DNA of 64,000 nucleotides from Raillietiella orientalis (lineage: Eukaryota). The stretch is taken from assembly GCA_036172245.1 (NCBI GenBank), contig JAYWIR010000021.1, forward strand, positions 1,054,001 to 1,118,000, given 5' to 3'. Under the pieces are notes generated by a model. That model searched no databases. It saw only the letters and a program-made list of their open reading frames with translations, and had not been told where the DNA came from. How positions within the stretch are numbered: position 1 is the first letter of the stretch; every line of letters begins with the position of its first letter. This document shows, piece after piece, positions 1 through 11,043 of this stretch. The position numbers were made by a program, and so were the translations under genes.

Positions 1-3000
1 CGCGCGCAGATTCTTCTTGGAAGAGCAGGCAGACAGGGAACGTGCGGCGTTCAGGGGGGAAGGAGGAGGGGATTTCAGAAGCAGCGGGAGGACGAAAGCG
101 GTCGCCGCGAAAGTGGTGGCGGCCGTTTCCTCGGCGACCGTTCTCGTTTCGCTCATCCTTACAGGGAGGAAGGAAGAAGCGCCTTCCCTTCCCAGAGCGT
201 GGATGCTGGGAGGCCCGGAAGTTTCGCCCGGAACTTCTTCGGGCGTCGGCAACCGGTTCCCGTCCCGGGAAGAGCCGAAGGGGAGCAGGCAGGCAAGCAA
301 CGTCCCGCCCCGATGGCCCTGGACCCGTTCTCTTTGCGTCACGAAGAGGAGTAGGGAAGTGGCAGAAAAAGGGTTTGGGGGACCTGCTGAACCCTCTCCC
401 TCCAGGTTTCCACGGAAACACGTCCACGTGGGGGCCCAACAACCCGCGGAGCATGATACAGCGCCGCATGGAACCAGGAAGGAGCCTGCGTTCGGATCCA
501 CGTTTGTATTCAAAATTTTGGTACGCAAAAAGATTCTTCTCCACCACTTTTACCAGCTGGCCATTCGGTCGGAAGAGCGATGCTGCCTTCGTGTTCAAAG
601 TGGTCACTGGTCACGTTGGCCAGCAGGCCAGACGAGACGCGCCCAATGTACGTCGCGGGCGAGCTGCATCCTGGCACGCATCCATCGTCCGTTCCTGGTG
701 TTCCGCACGTGCGCGCCAGAGGTCTCAACATCTCTAAGAGCTCTTCGCTTCCACTCGTGCCCAGGCTCCCAGGGGCTCCCGGAGGAAACAGTGCTCTTAC
801 TGGGAACGGCACTCCCTCGGAGGCGAAAAGAAAAAAAGCGTGCGTTTGGTCACCTTCCTTTCCGCACGGCGAGCAAGCTTCGTGGTCGTCCGCCGCGCTT
901 TTTGCAGCGCCGTCGAAGAGTACCTATCAACTAGGAGGAGGGGGACGTCGAGTGCGATGGCGCTCGCTTAGGAGCTCCGGGGGTACGGCACAAGTCGGCC
1001 CTTTGCCTGACTGGAGGACCCCAACTCCCATGTCCCCCGTGTCGCTCCTTTGACCCGGTCGACCGTGCCCGCGCCGATTGTGATGAAGAGGGAGTTTCTC
1101 TAGGCGGCGGTCTCCTCGTGCGCCAGGCAGATGCGGCGGCGGCCCGCGCCGCTTCTTTCAGGAGCCGCCTGCGTGGGCTTGGGTGGCGGGCAGCAGGTGA
1201 AGCGGCGGCCGACAGGTGGTGCTTGGCGCTTGCAAGAGGCGGCTCGGGGCCCGCTGCTTCCCAAAGCGGGTCACGGCCTTCCCTTGACTGGCTGCTCAGC
1301 CCGGATCAGGAAGGAGCGTCGTCCTCTTCCCAGCACTTCCTGGACCTCGGGAGTGCACCAGGGAGAAGAGTCCCACCTGCTTTCCTGCCGTGGCCGCGCA
1401 GAGCGGGACACACCCGCCGGGACAGCGGGAAAATACGTGACTGAAGGTCTTGCTGACCATGCCAGGCCACAGGTCGCGAGCTGCACTTTGAAACTGCCCG
1501 AAAACTGCTTTGAAACTGGCTCCTGCTGACCCCGCTCTCCTCCGTGTCCTTGCAACGAAGGCCGGCCACGGTTGGCCAAATCCATGAGGAACGGCGCAAA
1601 AGACGGGTAGCCTGGACAACGCTCTCCGGCTTGACGCGGCGCTTCCGAGCTCAGAATGCGGGCGCCGGGAGGCAGGAAGACCCAGCGCCGCGCAAGAAGA
1701 ACATCCACCAAGGCGGGTCATTCGCTCCAGATGGTCAGCCGTCGGCTCAAGAGAAGAGCGAACGAGCTTCACGGTGAGCGAAGAGGAAGAGATCAGGAGT
1801 CTGCGTGCTCCCTTTGATGCATCGAGTGGATCCCTTGCAAGGAGCCCGGGTCAAAAGCAAAGCTAAGTCTCTCCTTATACGGGGGGGGGGGGGAAGAAGA
1901 AGAAGAAGAAGAAAACGATGGAGTGGGTTGGCTGGCGGCTGTTGGCGACTTGTGGGAATTGAGAATGGACTCCAGGAAGGGCGGGCCGGCTCCATATTCT
2001 AGCCAGGCATTGCGCTAGCCGGCAGACCGTGAGACGAGGAGGGGAGGAGGAGAGAGAGCGGCACTGCACCCGGGCCGAGAAACCCGACGTCCGAGTTTGC
2101 TGACTTGCCCCGCGGCAAGTTTTCCAGGGGAAGGCAGCGGCCCCCCAATATCCATGCAATGGGATGCGGAGACTTGGTGCTCGCTCGTGCAACGGCAATA
2201 AAACCAGGGGGAACTCTCTCCAGCCGTGGGGAGTGGAGCAAGAAGAATCGAGAGAAGGAGCGCTTTCCCCTGCCGCGACGGCCTGGAACTCCCTCCGCCC
2301 ACGAAGGGGCGCCGGAGCTTCCCTGCGACAGCCGGATGGTTCTGTTCCGTCTCTCATCCCTCCTACTGCCGCACACCGCACGCACGCACGCACTGACCGT
2401 TCCGCGTCCCTAGGCGGATTCCCTCCAATCATGAAGGGCCTCCGCTCGAGAACCGGAGGGCTCTCGCGCGAGGGCGCACGTAGGTGCCGCCGCCGCCGCC
2501 AGTCTCCAGGAGGACTGCAGGCGACGGAGGGAGGGAGGGAGCTTCGAAGAACAGCAGCGCGGGGAGAGCCGTAGCCAGCGCGGTCAGCAGCACACACGGA
2601 CCCCAAAAAAAAAAAGAAAAACCCCGAGGCTGTGGCAGATTCCGTGCGGGGGCGGGCGCTCACCCCACCGAGGGGCGGACGGAGAGCGGCGGCGTCTCTC
2701 TGCAAGCAGGGGCGGAGGGAGCGCGTCTTCTCGCTCCCATGGAGAAGGGCGGCGTCCCGCCCGACCGTAGTTAAAGGGCTCGTTAAAGCAGCTCCAGAAT
2801 CGGACAGCCACGATTTTTATGAGGGACGCGAGGGAGCGCGGCGACCCGTCGCGATTGGACGGCGCGCGGTTTTACTGCATGTCACAAGTGCACTTTGCAG
2901 CGGCGCTTGGGAACCGGCGCGGCGTCCAACCCAGAAGGAATGGCCGGGATGGCCAGTTCGTTAACTCGTAATTCTGGCAGGTTTCCGAGGGAGGGAGGGA

Positions 3001-6000
3001 AAGAGGAGGAGGGCATATCGTGGTGCCTCCCGGAGGAAGCAATCGTCACGCTCCCGCTTCCTCCCCCTTTTGCCTCCTCTTCCTCCTCCCGGCGCCGATC
3101 CCTTTGGCGGCAGCGGGGGTCACCCCCGCTGAGTTTATCGCGGGTCCCCTCCAGCACTCCTGGAACTCCTCCTCCATCCTTCCCTCCCACCTTTTTTGCC
3201 CCTTTCCCGCCTTCCCCCTTCGGCGCGAACTCGCCCCCCGCTGTCCCTCTTCCTGAAGGAGGAGGGACGGTCTCAAGGAGGAACCCGGAGGGCAGCCCAC
3301 CTCCGCCGGTGGAGACCGGGAAAGGAACGACCTGGAGAAATCGTCGCCTGGGAAACGCGACCGCCGCTGTGGGTTGGGAGGATACGCCGCTATCGGGAGC
3401 TGCCGGTCCCAGAGAGCGAAAGGCACCGAGGCAGCCGGACCGACGTCTGAAAGCGCCACCCGGGGGAAATGGGCGTAAGGGGGAAAACGGGCGCGGAAAT
3501 CGAGGGGAAGCCGAATGGAAGCGAGAAGAGAAGGGAGACTCCCGGAAGCTCTTATGGGCGGGAAGGGGGGAACACGGGAAAAGCAGGGGCGCTCTGCAAG
3601 ATCCGAGGAGATGAGAACGCGGGAGGTCGGAGACGAAATTTGTCGTCTCGCTCCCTTCAGCCAGATGCCGTGGCGAAGACGCGCGCGAGGAGACGGAGGG
3701 GGGGAGGAAGATGAAACTGGCGATCCAGGAGCACGCCTGGAGGCAGGTCCCCGCCGCTTCGGGAAGACAGCGGAGCCGCCCCGGCGGCGACGCCTGAAAC
3801 CACAGCGGCCCAACGGCTGACGTGCACAGCAGACCGCGTCGGGAGAGCGACGTGACGGGAGGAGCGAATCTCGCCGATCCAGGAGAAGATCTCGATCGTT
3901 CCTGCGGAGGTCAGGAGACCCGAAATAAGAAGGGCAGCCACGTGACATTCCTCGAGGTTGCCCAATCGACTCGGAAACCTTCACCTCAGGAGTGACCGTT
4001 TTCTTCCTCGAAGACTCACGCCCATCCACGAGTCTCCCCGCCCATCTTCCGGGTGCCCGGCTTGCCTGAGACCCATCCAGAAGTGCTCCTCCGGACCGTC
4101 CTCGTACCTGCCCCGAGGAGCCCGGCTATCTTCTTCCCCCCCCCCCCCCCCACGGAAGCCCTGTGCTCGGCTGGCGCGCTCCGCACCGGCTCGAACACCT
4201 GGAGGCCGACCTTTCCCCTAGGGTCGGTGTGGTTCTTCCTGTGCTCTTTCACGGCGTCCTGTCGGGGCGCGGTCTAACCGCTCGCCAATTCCAGGCATCT
4301 CCTTTTCCACCCCCGCATCCTTCCCCGGGCATGCATACCTTCCTCTCTCCTTTGTCCCTGATTTCTTCGTTTTCCTCGTTCGCCTGCTAGGTCTTCCCTC
4401 GACCAAAAACGAAGTCCTCCCCGTTCCTGCTCCTCCTCCTTCGAAGGCCGCCGCGGCCGGTTCTGCGTCATTTCTTGCGAGCATCTCGTGGAAGGCGGGG
4501 GGGGGGGGGGCTGCGCCCTACAAGCGTGCCATCTCCTGAGGAAGTACTAGGTCTGGCACGGCTCCCGAAAGGTTCCAGGTCTGGCACGACTCTTGAGCAT
4601 GACAAGCAACTTGAACCCGGTCTTCCCGGAGCCTGACCTCGTGATGAAAAAAGTAGGGCGAAGCAAGAAGCTACTGCTGGGTCGGTTTCAAATCTCCCCC
4701 TCTACCAGAGGAAACGAAGGGCAGCCGCTGGACCCCTTCCTCTCGCTCTGCCGCCGCCCTCCTGGGACCTTCGGGTTCCCGACACGCGCACAGCAGTTCC
4801 TCCACAGACGGAAGAGCTCTGGTGGACGGCCATTGTCCTCGTTGCCACCGGAAGTCGGAGGCCGTCTCCTCGTCAAGGACGCTCTTTCATCCCCTTCCCA
4901 ATAGCCGTCGTCTGCTCCTTCGTGGTTCCGGAGACAGCGCGGTGGCCCCCCTCCCTCCCTCCGCATCTGGCACGGGCGGGACGTGGAATCTGCTTCCGGA
5001 AGCCGCCGCCGCCGGCGCCGCCGCCTCGCATGTGGCGGCGCCGCGGTACGAAGGCTGCTCCCTCCCTCCGAAGTAGGGCCAGGGCGCTTGGACGGCGACA
5101 GCTTCTCGCGCCCCCCTTCTCGCTCCCCTACGCACGCGGAGCCACGCGGGGTGTGGTGGGGGTGGTGGGGAGGATCCCGGACGAAGGTCCGGCGGGACGG
5201 GGTGGCGCGCGAGCGAGGTGGCGCTCGTGCTCGCCGGGGTGGCCCGCCGCGCGTTCCTCTCTCTCTCCTCCCGGATGTTTTTTTTTTTTTTTTTTTCCTT
5301 TCCTTCTTTTCTCGTCTCCCGGGTTCGGGGGTATTCCGCATTTTGGCCGAGCCTGGCGTTGCTACGATACGCCCGCCGTCCGGAGAGGACGAGAACAATG
5401 GCGTAATCCGTCTGTAGGGGACTGCTGGATCTCGCTGCTGTGTGAACGGCAACCGCTCCGGCTGGGTAAGGAAACGTCCGATAGATAATTTATCTCGGAG
5501 GACTGCAGGAAGGGAGGGAAAACTGTTTTCACATGCAGAAAGAGATTTCATCTTTGATCTCGATTCCTTTCCGATTCGGTTTCCAAAGGTCTGGCAGATG
5601 AAGCGTGAACGGAGAGATCCCCAAGAAATCACGATATGACAAGTCATTATCCCCGTACATCGCAAATAGCGCTCCGCTTATTTTCAAACTTTCGCGGTAC
5701 ACAACGGAAGGAAGGATGGGGGAGAGAGCAGGAGAGAGCAGGAGAGAGGGAGGGATGCGCGGGGGGGGGGAGGACGCGTGTTTTCCTGGCGCGCGCTCCC
5801 ATTGGTTACCATAAATTCCTCCGACAGGTTTCCGAATTCGTTCCTCAACTTCTCGGGAAAACGGGGGCAGGGAAGGAGCAGCAATGATAATTACGGGCTG
5901 CCAATTCCAGGTTTCGCATTACCCGGGAGCGGTGCGCGTCCTCGCGCGCACTCCCGGAACATCGGAAGCCCATTAGCGACGAAGATTCCAGGCTCGTCTG

Positions 6001-6727
6001 GTGGGATATATCTGAAAAGCCTCGGCGGCGGAGGGCGCGCGAGGATGAGGGAAGCTGCTGCGGGGGACGCGCGGTGGGGAGCGTCGAAGAACACCGCAGC
6101 TGACGCTCCGGGCGGCGAGGCTGCCGCCGCGGGCACCGCGGAGCTGGGAAGCAGTCCGTCCCGCGGAGAAGGGCGCGAGAGGTCGCGGCCCGGAGAAGCT
6201 GTGGAGAGGGGGAAGGGAACGGCCCCCGGGGATTTCCGCTCGCAGTCCTGGTGTGCGGGAACGCTCTCTGGCTCCAGGGCGACCTGCAACGAGAACCCAC
6301 CGGCCTCCCACTCCTGGAAGAAGAGGGAACCGCTTTCTCATGCGCACGCCCTCGCGGGCTTCCACTGCCGGGGGCCGGGTTCCCCCTCCGCCTGCCGCCG
6401 TCGACGTGCCTGGAGGCTTCGTCCAGCTTGGGCTGCGACCTTCCCCGTACTTTCCCGCCCCCCCACCCCACCCCCCGGGAAGAACCGCCCTTCCCTTCCA
6501 AAGGGCGGGAGCGGAGGGAACGAAAGGGTGAGGCGGTGGGCGGGCCGAACCCGAGGACGAGGAGCAAGACCAAGGCGGACCCCCCACCCCCCTCTCGGAG
6601 CGCGGGGGCGGCGGGTGAGGGGTAGGGGGTTCGGGCGCGAGAGAGGTGCGGTCAACAGGAGCGGCGAGGCGCCTGCGGGCAGCGCGGGGAAATGAACGAG
6701 AGGCCACGTACACGTTTCAGTATGAAG

Positions 6728-6789
6728 TTTATTCCATTTTTCCAATAAGTACAGTACACAAAGTACGTTTCTTCGGTGTCTTTTTTATT
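6728..6789 (-). terminator. polyadenylation signals (AATAAA at 6733-6728 and 6789-6784; another at 6910-6905)
   Basis: Plus-strand TTTATT hexamers; TGTA (CFIm-type) motifs lie just upstream of the distal signal on the minus strand. Confidence 0.6.
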
Positions 6790-7119
6790 AGTCTACAAAA
6801 TAAAAACATCTGGAACTGAGGGTGTAGGGGTCGAACAACGTGTCGGGTAAAGAAATAGTTCCTCTACGGCGGAAAGTAACAGAGAAGTATCAAAACTAAT
6901 CACTTTTATTATTCCCAAAAACTCTGACCACCACCCTACTGGTCGCAGCGTCAACTCGTCGTCTCCGTTGTGGCGCAGCAAAGGGTCCTCTCGGACGCCC
7001 CCCCGGGGCTCCACGCTGCCGTGGCACACACCAAAATCCACAAACGACACGGTCTACACACGTCACCACCATTCGTACCCAAGTGGAATGCTCTCGTTGC
7101 TCTTTGAAACCTGGATCGG

Positions 7120-7340
7120 CTTTTTTTTTTGCTTTTTTTTGTGTGTGTGTGTGTGTGTGTTTTTTTTTTTTGGCTTTTCTCTCTTCCTGTTTTTGCTTTT
7201 TTGTGTGTGTTTTTTTTTTTTTTTTCCCTTTCTTGGGGTGGGGGGAAGGGGAGAGTTTTTTTTTTTTTTCTCTCTCTCTCTCGTTTTTTTTTTGTTTTGT
7301 TTTTGGGCCTTTTTTTTTTCTTTTTCTCGTTTTTTTGGAC
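7120..7340. repeat. poly-T/(GT)n low-complexity tract (A/CA-rich on the mRNA)
   Basis: Read directly. Confidence 0.9.
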
Positions 7341-7369
7341 TTGTCCAAAAATTTGGATTTCTGATCTTG

Positions 7370-7395
7370 TGAAAGACAATAGTATTGGAATACTG
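7370..7395 (-). promoter_or_regulatory. adjacent miR-71 8mer (7370-7378) and miR-8/miR-200b/miR-236 7mer-m8 (7389-7395) sites
   Basis: Plus-strand TGAAAGACA and AATACTG, i.e. GUCUUUCA and CAGUAUU on the mRNA. Confidence 0.55.
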
Positions 7396-7995
7396 CGAAT
7401 TCGCGAAAGAGAGCCCAGAACCCGAAGGAAGTCATCGACGGTTGAGGTCTGTTCAGGCGTTTCTTCCTTTGACGCAGGAGAGGAGGAGGAAGGGCACAAA
7501 AGACGTCACGGATGTCTTCCCGATCGGACCGAAATCAAGAACGACTCCTCATCAATCCACAAGAGGGAAAAAACAACGGTGCAAGCGGAAACCAAAAGGA
7601 CAAACAGACGAACGAAAGGAGGGAAGAGGAAAGAGGGGGGGAGGGGGAAAAAAGGAGAAGAAGAAGAAGAAGAAGAAGAAGGAAAAAAAAAAAAAAGAAG
7701 GGATTCGCGAGTTCCAAAACAACCAGCAGAACCAGCGCGACGTCAGGGATGCAGTTTCGCACAGAATCATATCGAAGGGATGGATCTCCGAGCATCTCAT
7801 TGGAACCGAAGCGCAGGCGCGCGCGCGAACGCCCCCCGCGTGCCACGGGGGGGGAGGGCGCGCGCTTTCCTGCTCGCCTCTCTGACTAGTCCCAAGGAAA
7901 TTGCACTCTCTTCGACTAGCTTCCTGAACTCGAAACGAACTCGGATGTTGCCGACAAGAAGGATAACTGATGCTCTCTTTTCAGGCTGAAGATAC

Positions 7996-8014
7996 TGGAA
8001 GACTACTGACTGTT
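7996..8014 (-). promoter_or_regulatory. miR-7 8mer site (GY-box) with extended pairing
   Basis: Plus strand TGGAAGACTA-C-TGA-C-TGTT versus miR-7 UGGAAGACUA-G-UGA-UUU-UGUUG. Confidence 0.65.
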
Positions 8015-8062
8015 CAATACAGCACTTTTTTTTCGTTTTTTTTTCGTTTTCTTCTTCTTGGG

Positions 8063-8084
8063 TGAGTATTTCATCCAGGTACTG
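8063..8084 (-). promoter_or_regulatory. extensively complementary miR-12 site (candidate TDMD trigger)
   Basis: Plus strand TGAGTATT-T-CATC-C-AGGTACTG versus miR-12 UGAGUAUU-A-CAUC-AGGUACUG-GU: 20 of the first 21 miRNA nt match, with one mismatch (nt 9) and a 1-nt target bulge. Confidence 0.85.
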
Positions 8085-8129
8085 TGGGATCACTTCAAGA
8101 AAAGGAAGGGCGAAAGACATTTACTGTTC

Positions 8130-8314
8130 CTAAGGCTTGCAGTAGGAGAACCGGTGGTTCATGTGTTGCGAGAACGACCCGGAGTGAGAGAAACGTTTCA
8201 AGCACTTGGAACACTGGAAAGGCTTTTCTCCACTGTGCAGCCTCTTGTGCTCCGTCAGGTGGTGCTTGTGTTTGAAAGCCTTCGTGCACACGTCGCACTT
8301 GTACGGACGCTGAC
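8130..8314 (-). CDS. zfh1: zfh1/ZEB last coding exon ([61 protein letters not shown])
   Basis: Acceptor ttgttccgcag|, phase 1; last two ZEB fingers and the HMNHRxSYCK ending; TAG at 8132-8130. Confidence 0.96.
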
Positions 8315-8412
8315 CTGCGGAACAAGGAAGGACACACACGTTGTCACCACCGCATTCCCCCCCACCCATCAACCGGCGCCCGCCGCCGCCGCCGCCGCCG
8401 CCGCCAGCTTAC

Positions 8413-8626
8413 CGGAATGCTCGTATTTGTGGCGCGCCAGGCTGCTTTGCTTGGAGAAGGTCTTCTCGCACTGGTCGCAAGGAAACTGGCCGTCGGCGTC
8501 GTCCGTCTTGGAGGACTGCCGCCAGGACTTCTTGTTCGACGGGGTGCAGGGCAACGACGCCTCGCAGACGTAGCCGCCGTCCGGGACCACCAGCTTGACT
8601 TCCGGGCTCGATTTTTCCGTCGATTC
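8413..8626 (-). CDS. zfh1: zfh1/ZEB coding exon 7 (...GQFPCDQCEKTFSKQSSLARHKYEHS)
   Basis: Acceptor cttcttccgcag| and donor CCG|GTAAGC (phase 1); ZEB C-terminal finger SSLARHKYEHSG. Confidence 0.95.
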
Positions 8627-9200
8627 CTGCGGAAGAAGTGAGAGGTTCTCGAAAGGGAAGGAACACACGTACGCACACACGGGAATGCAGCGGGGACCCC
8701 CCCCCCCGCCCCCTGCCACGCGGAAGAGGGGCGCACGACCTCCGGGGTGTCCGACAGTCGGAACCACCTTCCCCCGGCGGGAAGGAGGGACGCGCGTTGC
8801 GGCGGCAGTCGACAGAGGGCGCGGCACTTGCGCGCGCCGCAGCCTCCTCCCGGGTCGTCCTCCCCGGGTCTAACGCGGGGACCTGCCACCGGGAAAGCGG
8901 TGGTGACGCGGGAACCGCAGCGTCCTCGCATCCACAACAAAAATGCAACGCGACGAGCGAGGGACCGCTACCATCACCTTATCAGATCAAAGAGGAGGAA
9001 GCGAAAGCACGCAGAAGCTCACTCACCCCTTCATGTCCGCGATCAAGGAGAAGAGAATCAAGAGAGCAAATTCCGGCGACAGGCAGGGCGGGCGGGGGGC
9101 CCTTCTCGCGGTGCCCATCCGGAGCCGCCGGGCCGCAGTGGAGCCCTCCACTCGGAAACCCCAAGGGGCTACTCGGAAAAAGCAAAGTGGAAGCCTGTAC

Positions 9201-10502
9201 CTGCAGGACACGTTGGCTCGTCGGATCCGGGTTCGCTTCGACGTCATTTCGGGACAGAAAGTGACCTATGACGTCCCTCTTCTTTGTCGCGATCTTCACG
9301 TCCGGGAGCGTCTCTTTGCTCAGGTATTTATACAGTGGAGAATGCCGTTCGGCGGCAGGAGGCGAAGGGTTGAACGTGGTCAGCTGGATCGGAGATTGGG
9401 CAGCCGGCGACTTGGATGGGTTGGCGGCGGCAGTGGCGCAGCAGCCACCACCACCACCACCACCAGCGCCGCTTTCCGGCTCGGCGGTTTCCCGAGGCGG
9501 AGACGGCGTGGCCACCACCGCCGAGTGCTTCTTCTTCGAGAGATCGAGAGGCGCGTCGTCGTACTCGTCCGCCGGGTAGTTGTTGCTCTGGTACACCAGC
9601 GGATGCGTGGAAAGGATCCCGTTCGGGTGGGGCTTCATGCTGCAGAAGGGCGTCTGCACGGACGCCATGGTGGGGGAATAACAAGGGACGTCCTTCCCTT
9701 CTCTCCTGTCGCGCGCCCTCGTGTTCTGGAACCACACTTTCACGACGCGGGACGGGAACTTGATCTTGTCCGCTATCTTGTCGATGTCCTCCCTCTTCGG
9801 GCGGGCATTGATCGAGTAACAGTTTTTCAGCACGTTCAGCTGCTCCTCGGAAAAGAGGGAGCGGACCCGCGCCTTCCTTACGTTTTCATTGAAGTCCTTG
9901 CTGGAATCTTTCGAGGAGTCTCCGCCGTCGATGTCGCTGTCGTAGGTGCGGCAGGGTTGTTGCTTCGCCGCGTCGCCCTGGGCCAGGACTTCCAGCTTCA
10001 GCGCAAGTCCCTCGCGGTCCGCCTGCTTGGCGAAGTCCTGCAGCTGGAAGCTCCTCTGCTTGACGAACGGGTCGTGCCTCTCGCCGCCGCTGCGGGACGC
10101 TTCCGCGAAAGGGTGCGCAGGCGGCTGCGGCGCAGCAGAGGAGGCAGTGTCGTCGGCGTAGCAGCGGTCCTCTTTGTCGTCGATCACCAGGGGCTTCTCG
10201 TCGTCGTCGCTGCGGAAGGTCTCGTTCCGGGCGTCGGAAAGGTACGCTTCCGTCTCGGCGTCCAGGGGCAGGCAGCTGCCGCCGCCCCCGCTACCGTCCC
10301 GGCAGTCGCTCGCCGAGACCAAGGCGAACGGGTTTCGGCGCGGCTGCTGCGCGCCTTCCGGGCTCGGCAGTCTCTTCGTGGGTGCGGTCTCGAGAGACGC
10401 AGCCTTGGTCGCGTAGGTCTGCATGAGGTCGGCGGCGCTGACGACTTCCGAGGGTTTCTCGCTGTCCAAATGGCACGAGGACTTTGGATCGTTCGTCTTT
10501 TT
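9201..10502 (-). CDS. zfh1: zfh1/ZEB coding exon 6 (homeodomain ~9878-9699; PLDLS CtBP motif 9551-9537)
   Basis: Acceptor cctttccccag|, in frame with ORF 8982..10469. Homeodomain RKARVRSLFSEEQL...VKVWFQNTRARDRRE; PLDLSKKK. The 3' end is uncertain: CAG|GTACAG at 9201 or the in-phase GGG|GTGAGT at 9027. Confidence 0.9.
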
Positions 10503-10599
10503 CTGGGGAAAGGGAGACGGAAGGCGTCGGAGCGCTTGCTCGAAAGGGGTGGACGAGAGGAAGGGAAGAAAGCAGGGGAAAGAAAGGAAGAAAGAATAC

Positions 10600-10722
10600 C
10601 TTCGGGAGTGCGAGGCACTTCTTCGTGGTCATGTGCGACGAAAAGGAACCGGAGTGGGAGAAGCGCTTGTTGCAGTTGGGGCACTCGAAAGGTTTTTCCC
10701 CGCTGTGGATGCGCACGTGTTC
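10600..10722 (-). CDS. zfh1: zfh1/ZEB coding exon 5 ([41 protein letters not shown])
   Basis: Acceptor ctttccttccag| and donor AAG|GTATTC; ZEB-family end of the N-terminal finger cluster ([13 protein letters not shown]). Confidence 0.95.
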
Positions 10723-10902
10723 CTGGAAGGAAAGCAGGAGGAGGTTTAAAGAACGGGAAGGTCGTCCTCTTCTTGCCGCCGCACCGGTGCGGCAAGGGCA
10801 GGGCGGGTGGTGGATGGAGCGCGCGCGAGCTGGCAAAACATGCGCGCGTCTCTTGCACGGTGGCGGAGGGCCGCTCGGCAGTGCGGGCAGAGTCGCTCTT
10901 AC

Positions 10903-11043
10903 CTTGAGGTGGTGCTTGAACTTGAAGGCCTTTTGGCATTCTGGGCATTTGAACTTTCTGAGGATGACACTCTCGTCATGACTGATCATGTGCCTCTGCA
11001 ACCTGTACACGTTGAGGAAGTTCTTCTTGCAAATGTGGCAGGT
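10903..11043 (-). CDS. zfh1: zfh1/ZEB coding exon 4 (TCHICKKNFLNVYRLQRHMISHDESVILRKFKCPECQKAFKFKHHLK)
   Basis: Acceptor gtgttccag| and donor AAG|GTAAGA; Zfh1 signature NVYRLQRHMISHDES..LRKFKC. Confidence 0.95.

Larger units (their letters stand above)
6710..8129 (-). other. zfh1 3' UTR (approximate) with miRNA-site clusters and A-rich/U-rich tracts
   Basis: AT-richer sequence between the stop codon and the AATAAA signals; an abrupt return to GC-rich DNA below ~6700. Confidence 0.7.

Noticed and set aside
400..1860. Possible coding or TE remnant at the window start
   Set aside because: Composition differs, but I could not establish a family motif or a consistent splice structure.
8040..8130. 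Plus-strand miR-12-like sequence as a miRNA gene
   Set aside because: No complementary arm on either flank, so no pre-miRNA hairpin; it reads as a target site on the minus-strand mRNA.
8943..10907. 654-aa plus-strand ORF
   Set aside because: Antisense shadow of the GC-rich zfh1 exons; R/V/L/G-rich with no domain.
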